The notes beneath the pieces were generated by a model. The model saw nothing but the letters and a program-made list of their open reading frames with translations, was not told the DNA's origin and did no database searches. Shown one piece after another: positions 60,724 through 64,000 of a DNA stretch of 64,000 nucleotides (within the stretch, counting starts at the first letter, position 1; the number at the start of each line of letters is the position of its first letter). Made by a program: the position numbers and the translations under genes. The DNA is from Balanoglossus misakiensis (Eukaryota > Animalia > Hemichordata), in the NCBI GenBank assembly GCA_040954595.2, contig CM082585.2:3316902-3380901 (forward strand), given 5' to 3'.

Positions 60724-62093
60724 TTAAAGATTGAGAGATGTAGAAATAAGTCAAATGGAATGCGATCGGTTGAATGGGTTTTATCAGCAGCAATCGTGGT
60801 GATACCAAACTTGAGTGATTTGGGGAAAAAGATGAAAGGCAACAGCAGAAACCCCTTTTTTCAAGAAAAAAAACTTATTCATAGGCTGGTCACGTTCTCT
60901 TTTGTTAATTTACCTGAGGTAGTTTGATATTACTGTGATGTTTCTCCGGGGGATAGAATACTCAAATGCATGAGTGCGTGGCTTTGCATTGATTGATGTT
61001 CTCTACTATGAAGGCCGAAATTCCCAACACACTCCAAGCAGAACAGTCTCCTTCTATGTAGCACTTAACAAACAGGAAACTCAAAATCACCTGTCTGAAG
61101 ATTGATGAAAGATTTACGCATGAAATGTTTGCTGGGCGCTGTAGCTCTGATGCATGTCTCCATCCAGCGTAGTTCAACAAAACATTTCTTGGATGATCTA
61201 TGGCAAAGTTCCCCTGAAACTGCTTTGTTTATATAAATACTAAACCTGCTGTTGCTGGGCCAGGACTGATGCCCTATCATCAGGAGGAGTTGTTGGTTAG
61301 GGCGATGCATGTGTCAATTGGACAATAGGGAATGGCGAGGCTACTCTCTCAAGAATAGCTGTGGCAGTGTGAATAGAATTCTGACAGCCTCTAATGGCCT
61401 GGCCAATTTCAGAGTTCATGATGCCAGTGGCTCTGCTTTTCATCATTTTCTACAGATTGGGTTACTAATACTATGAAATAATGAATTGAAAAAAAATCTG
61501 CAACATAATTTAATGATCAGGGAATCTGTTACTGATGGTAAACCAACCAAATGTGTAAAAAAAAAGCAAGTAAAACGAAATAATTAATTCAACTCAAAGG
61601 ATGAAAAACTTGTATAATGAGAACACAAGATTATTTGATGAAATAACGAATTAAAAAAGTTGTTTCAAGAACACTCTGTTGCAATATGATTGACATCACT
61701 TTAATAAATTAACAGTTTGACTCAACCACTTTCTTAAAAATTAAGTCTTTGACAAAATGACAGAAATGTCTCCCCATATCGATTTTTTATCCGCACTGTT
61801 GACATAACATAATGACATCCTGTTCTACAAACCAAACTTTAAAGAAAACTGATGGTGGTTTCTGAAACATTGATTATTTAGTAAATAACAAAAATTGCCC
61901 CCAAAATACAATACTGCCATTTTAAACTTGTTTGGCACTCCCCACACACACGCACACCCACATAAAATTGTAAGCTACGACTGGAGTCAATACATACATG
62001 TATGATATCCAAATGCAAGCTCATAATATAAAACAGCTGGCCTCTAGAAGTAAACTGTAAACGTGTAAGACATCTGCTGTACACAATTGTCAG

Positions 62094-62539
62094 ACAAGCG
62101 TGAAGTTGACCTCATCCTCATCCTCAGCTTCGCCAGCCTCATCCTCATCCTCATCCTCATCCTCATCCTCAGCTTCGTGACCCAGCCTCAGCTTCGTGAC
62201 CCTTCGTGACCCCAGCCTCAGCTTCGTGACCCCAGCCTCAGCTTCGTGACCCCAGGAAGTAAACATGAAAATTATCCAAACGATCGGTAAAAAGAACAAA
62301 TGGAGTCAAAAGAAGAAATTCAATCAATTATTTAGACTATCCCATGTAAATTATTTTACCTATATCGCTTTCGCTTCTTTTAGATCACATCAGACATACG
62401 AAATTCACGATAATTTTGAAATCTTCCTGAGGTCACGAAGCTGAGTCTGAGGTCACGAAGCTGAGGATGAGGATGAGGATGAGGATGAGGCTGGCGAAGA
62501 TGAGGATGAGGATGAGGATGAGGCCAACTTCACGCTCGT
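62094..62539. mobile_element. Foldback/Mutator-like element with 9-bp TSD and tandem-repeat arms
   Basis: TSD AATTGTCAG (62085-62093, 62540-62548); TIR AC(A/G)AGCGTGAAGTTG; arms built of (CTCATC)n and CCTCAGCTTCGTGACC units. Confidence 0.85.
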
Positions 62540-63538
62540 AATTGTCAGTTATTCTCTTTCGAAGTTGGTATGTATCTTTTGGAGATAAAACGTTTTGAGG
62601 AAATACAAAATAGCAAGTAAAAAAAATCAAATTGCATCATGATAATGATATAAATCTAACAGAGAACACCCCATCAATTAACTCAATTAACTTGCAACAC
62701 AGAATTTCAAGTAAATATGCCATACAGTTGTGGAGACATGAAAACGATTCACCCAAAAATGCAAGTTTTAGCTTTTCAAAAATAATTTCAACACATCATG
62801 ATAACAACTCCCCTAGAGCCCTGCAAACCAAATTGTGAAGCAATCAAACAAACCGTTATAGGGAAATGGATCTTTTACCAAAAACATTACCTGAATTCTG
62901 CCCTCAACAAAAACAATGATTCACACTAGAACATTCTAATGAAGCCAGATTGCATAATTTAATTAATTATCATGCCTAATTTGAAGAAGATAACTGACAC
63001 TGAAGGCCAAAGCACAATAAATTCATCACTGGTGTTCTTCAATGAACTCACAGAAGAATTATGTGGGCGAGCTAGATTAGATGCACTGCAGCTTAAAAAT
63101 AAAGAATTCAGGGAAACCAATGAGCATCCAATCACTTGCATAAGGGAGAGTTTGAATCAATACATGTAGATGTGAATACCTACAAATGCAGTTACACAGA
63201 ATTCCTGAATGTACAGGTAGAGACTCAACAAGTTTGCTAAAATAAATAGACCCATGTATCAAGGAAATTGACAGTGTCGGATTTCTGGAAATTTGTAATG
63301 AGCAAATGCTCCATTAGTATGCTATCAACAAAGTAAGAGCCTAAAGAATCGAAAGGATAAACCATAGATTACGAGCGCTATAAAAAGGGAGCAAAGCCCT
63401 GCATAGACTATGGTACTACGGCCAAAATAAAAAAAATATGTGCTGTTCTGATTACCCGACCTACCGTAATTTAAACCCGCGGACCCTAAACTTTTTAGAG
63501 CTTCATAAACCCGGGAGTAAAAATAACGATTTCAATTA

Positions 63539-63720
63539 CCGTTAAAGTCATTTTATAAGTCGCAACGGTATTATAAGTTGCACCCCTTCTTTGAAAGACT
63601 TGTTTGGGAGGAGATTTTAAGGAAATGAATACAACAGAACATTGGTATTATAAGTCGCACCCCCTTTTCGGCACACACTGTCACTCAAAAAAGGTGCGTC
63701 TTATAAAATGACTTTAACGG
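63539..63720. mobile_element. Tc1/mariner-like MITE nested in a GGCC-ended element (~63417-63918)
   Basis: TA|CCGTTAAAGTCATTTTATAAG ... CTTATAAAATGACTTTAACGG|TA. Confidence 0.8.
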
Positions 63721-64000
63721 TATTCGAATCTACAAAATTCATGAAAATTTCGCGAACACGCGAGAAATGATGAAATCACGCGCATCAAGCAAGAACTATG
63801 ACGTCATTCTTCTACACTACGGCGGCCAAAGATATAAATTTCCCTACCTGCCTACGCCCTACCCTATTTTTGAAAACCATGTTAGTAATCGGAAAAGTGC
63901 ATATTTGGGGGGCCTTACGAAAGTTCAAAAAAATCATTTCAATGAGAAACTTCTAGCATACAAAACTATAGAAAGCAGTATTATGATAATTTACTTAAAT

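Noticed and set aside
59457-61310. Candidate first (signal-peptide) exons of the DNER-like gene near 59457 and 60914
   Set aside because: Donor-like sites exist, but no frame gave a convincing hydrophobic signal peptide ending in phase 0.
62100-62255. CRISPR-like short repeat array
   Set aside because: Repeats are head-to-tail without unique spacers, lie in a eukaryotic TE arm, and no cas genes are present.
62090-62630. Acidic EDEDED and ILILIL ORFs
   Set aside because: Translations of the (CTCATC)n arms of the foldback element.

Overview
Eukaryotic, AT-rich, intron- and transposon-rich animal DNA. An invertebrate deuterostome such as a hemichordate, echinoderm or amphioxus is my inference from gene and TE content, not a determination. 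Two convergent multi-exon genes can be assembled by hand with consistent intron phases. (1) On +, a 5'-incomplete NLR/NACHT immune gene (1..21679, 15 exons, at least 2157 aa) with the order TRADD-N-like domain, small unknown domain, coiled coil, four tandemly duplicated charged exons, DED, Q-rich linker, DED, NACHT and degenerate LRR-like C-terminus. A young intact Ty3/Gypsy (Mag-like) LTR retrotransposon and Helentron-type HINE elements sit in its introns. (2) On -, an EGF-repeat type I membrane protein gene (38848..56209, 9 exons found, signal-peptide exon not found) joining an EYS (eyes shut)-like N-terminal domain to six EGF repeats, a TM helix and a DNER-like cytoplasmic tail. The remainder is a dense, nested TE field: a CR1 LINE relic, a CACTA-like element, Kolobok-like TTAA elements (one with a KolX-like remnant), a hAT relic, Tc1/mariner-, Zator/Harbinger-, Academ- and Mutator-like non-autonomous elements, and palindromic hairpin repeats. 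No rRNA, tRNA or CRISPR was seen. All homology calls rest on motif recognition from memory; no search was run.
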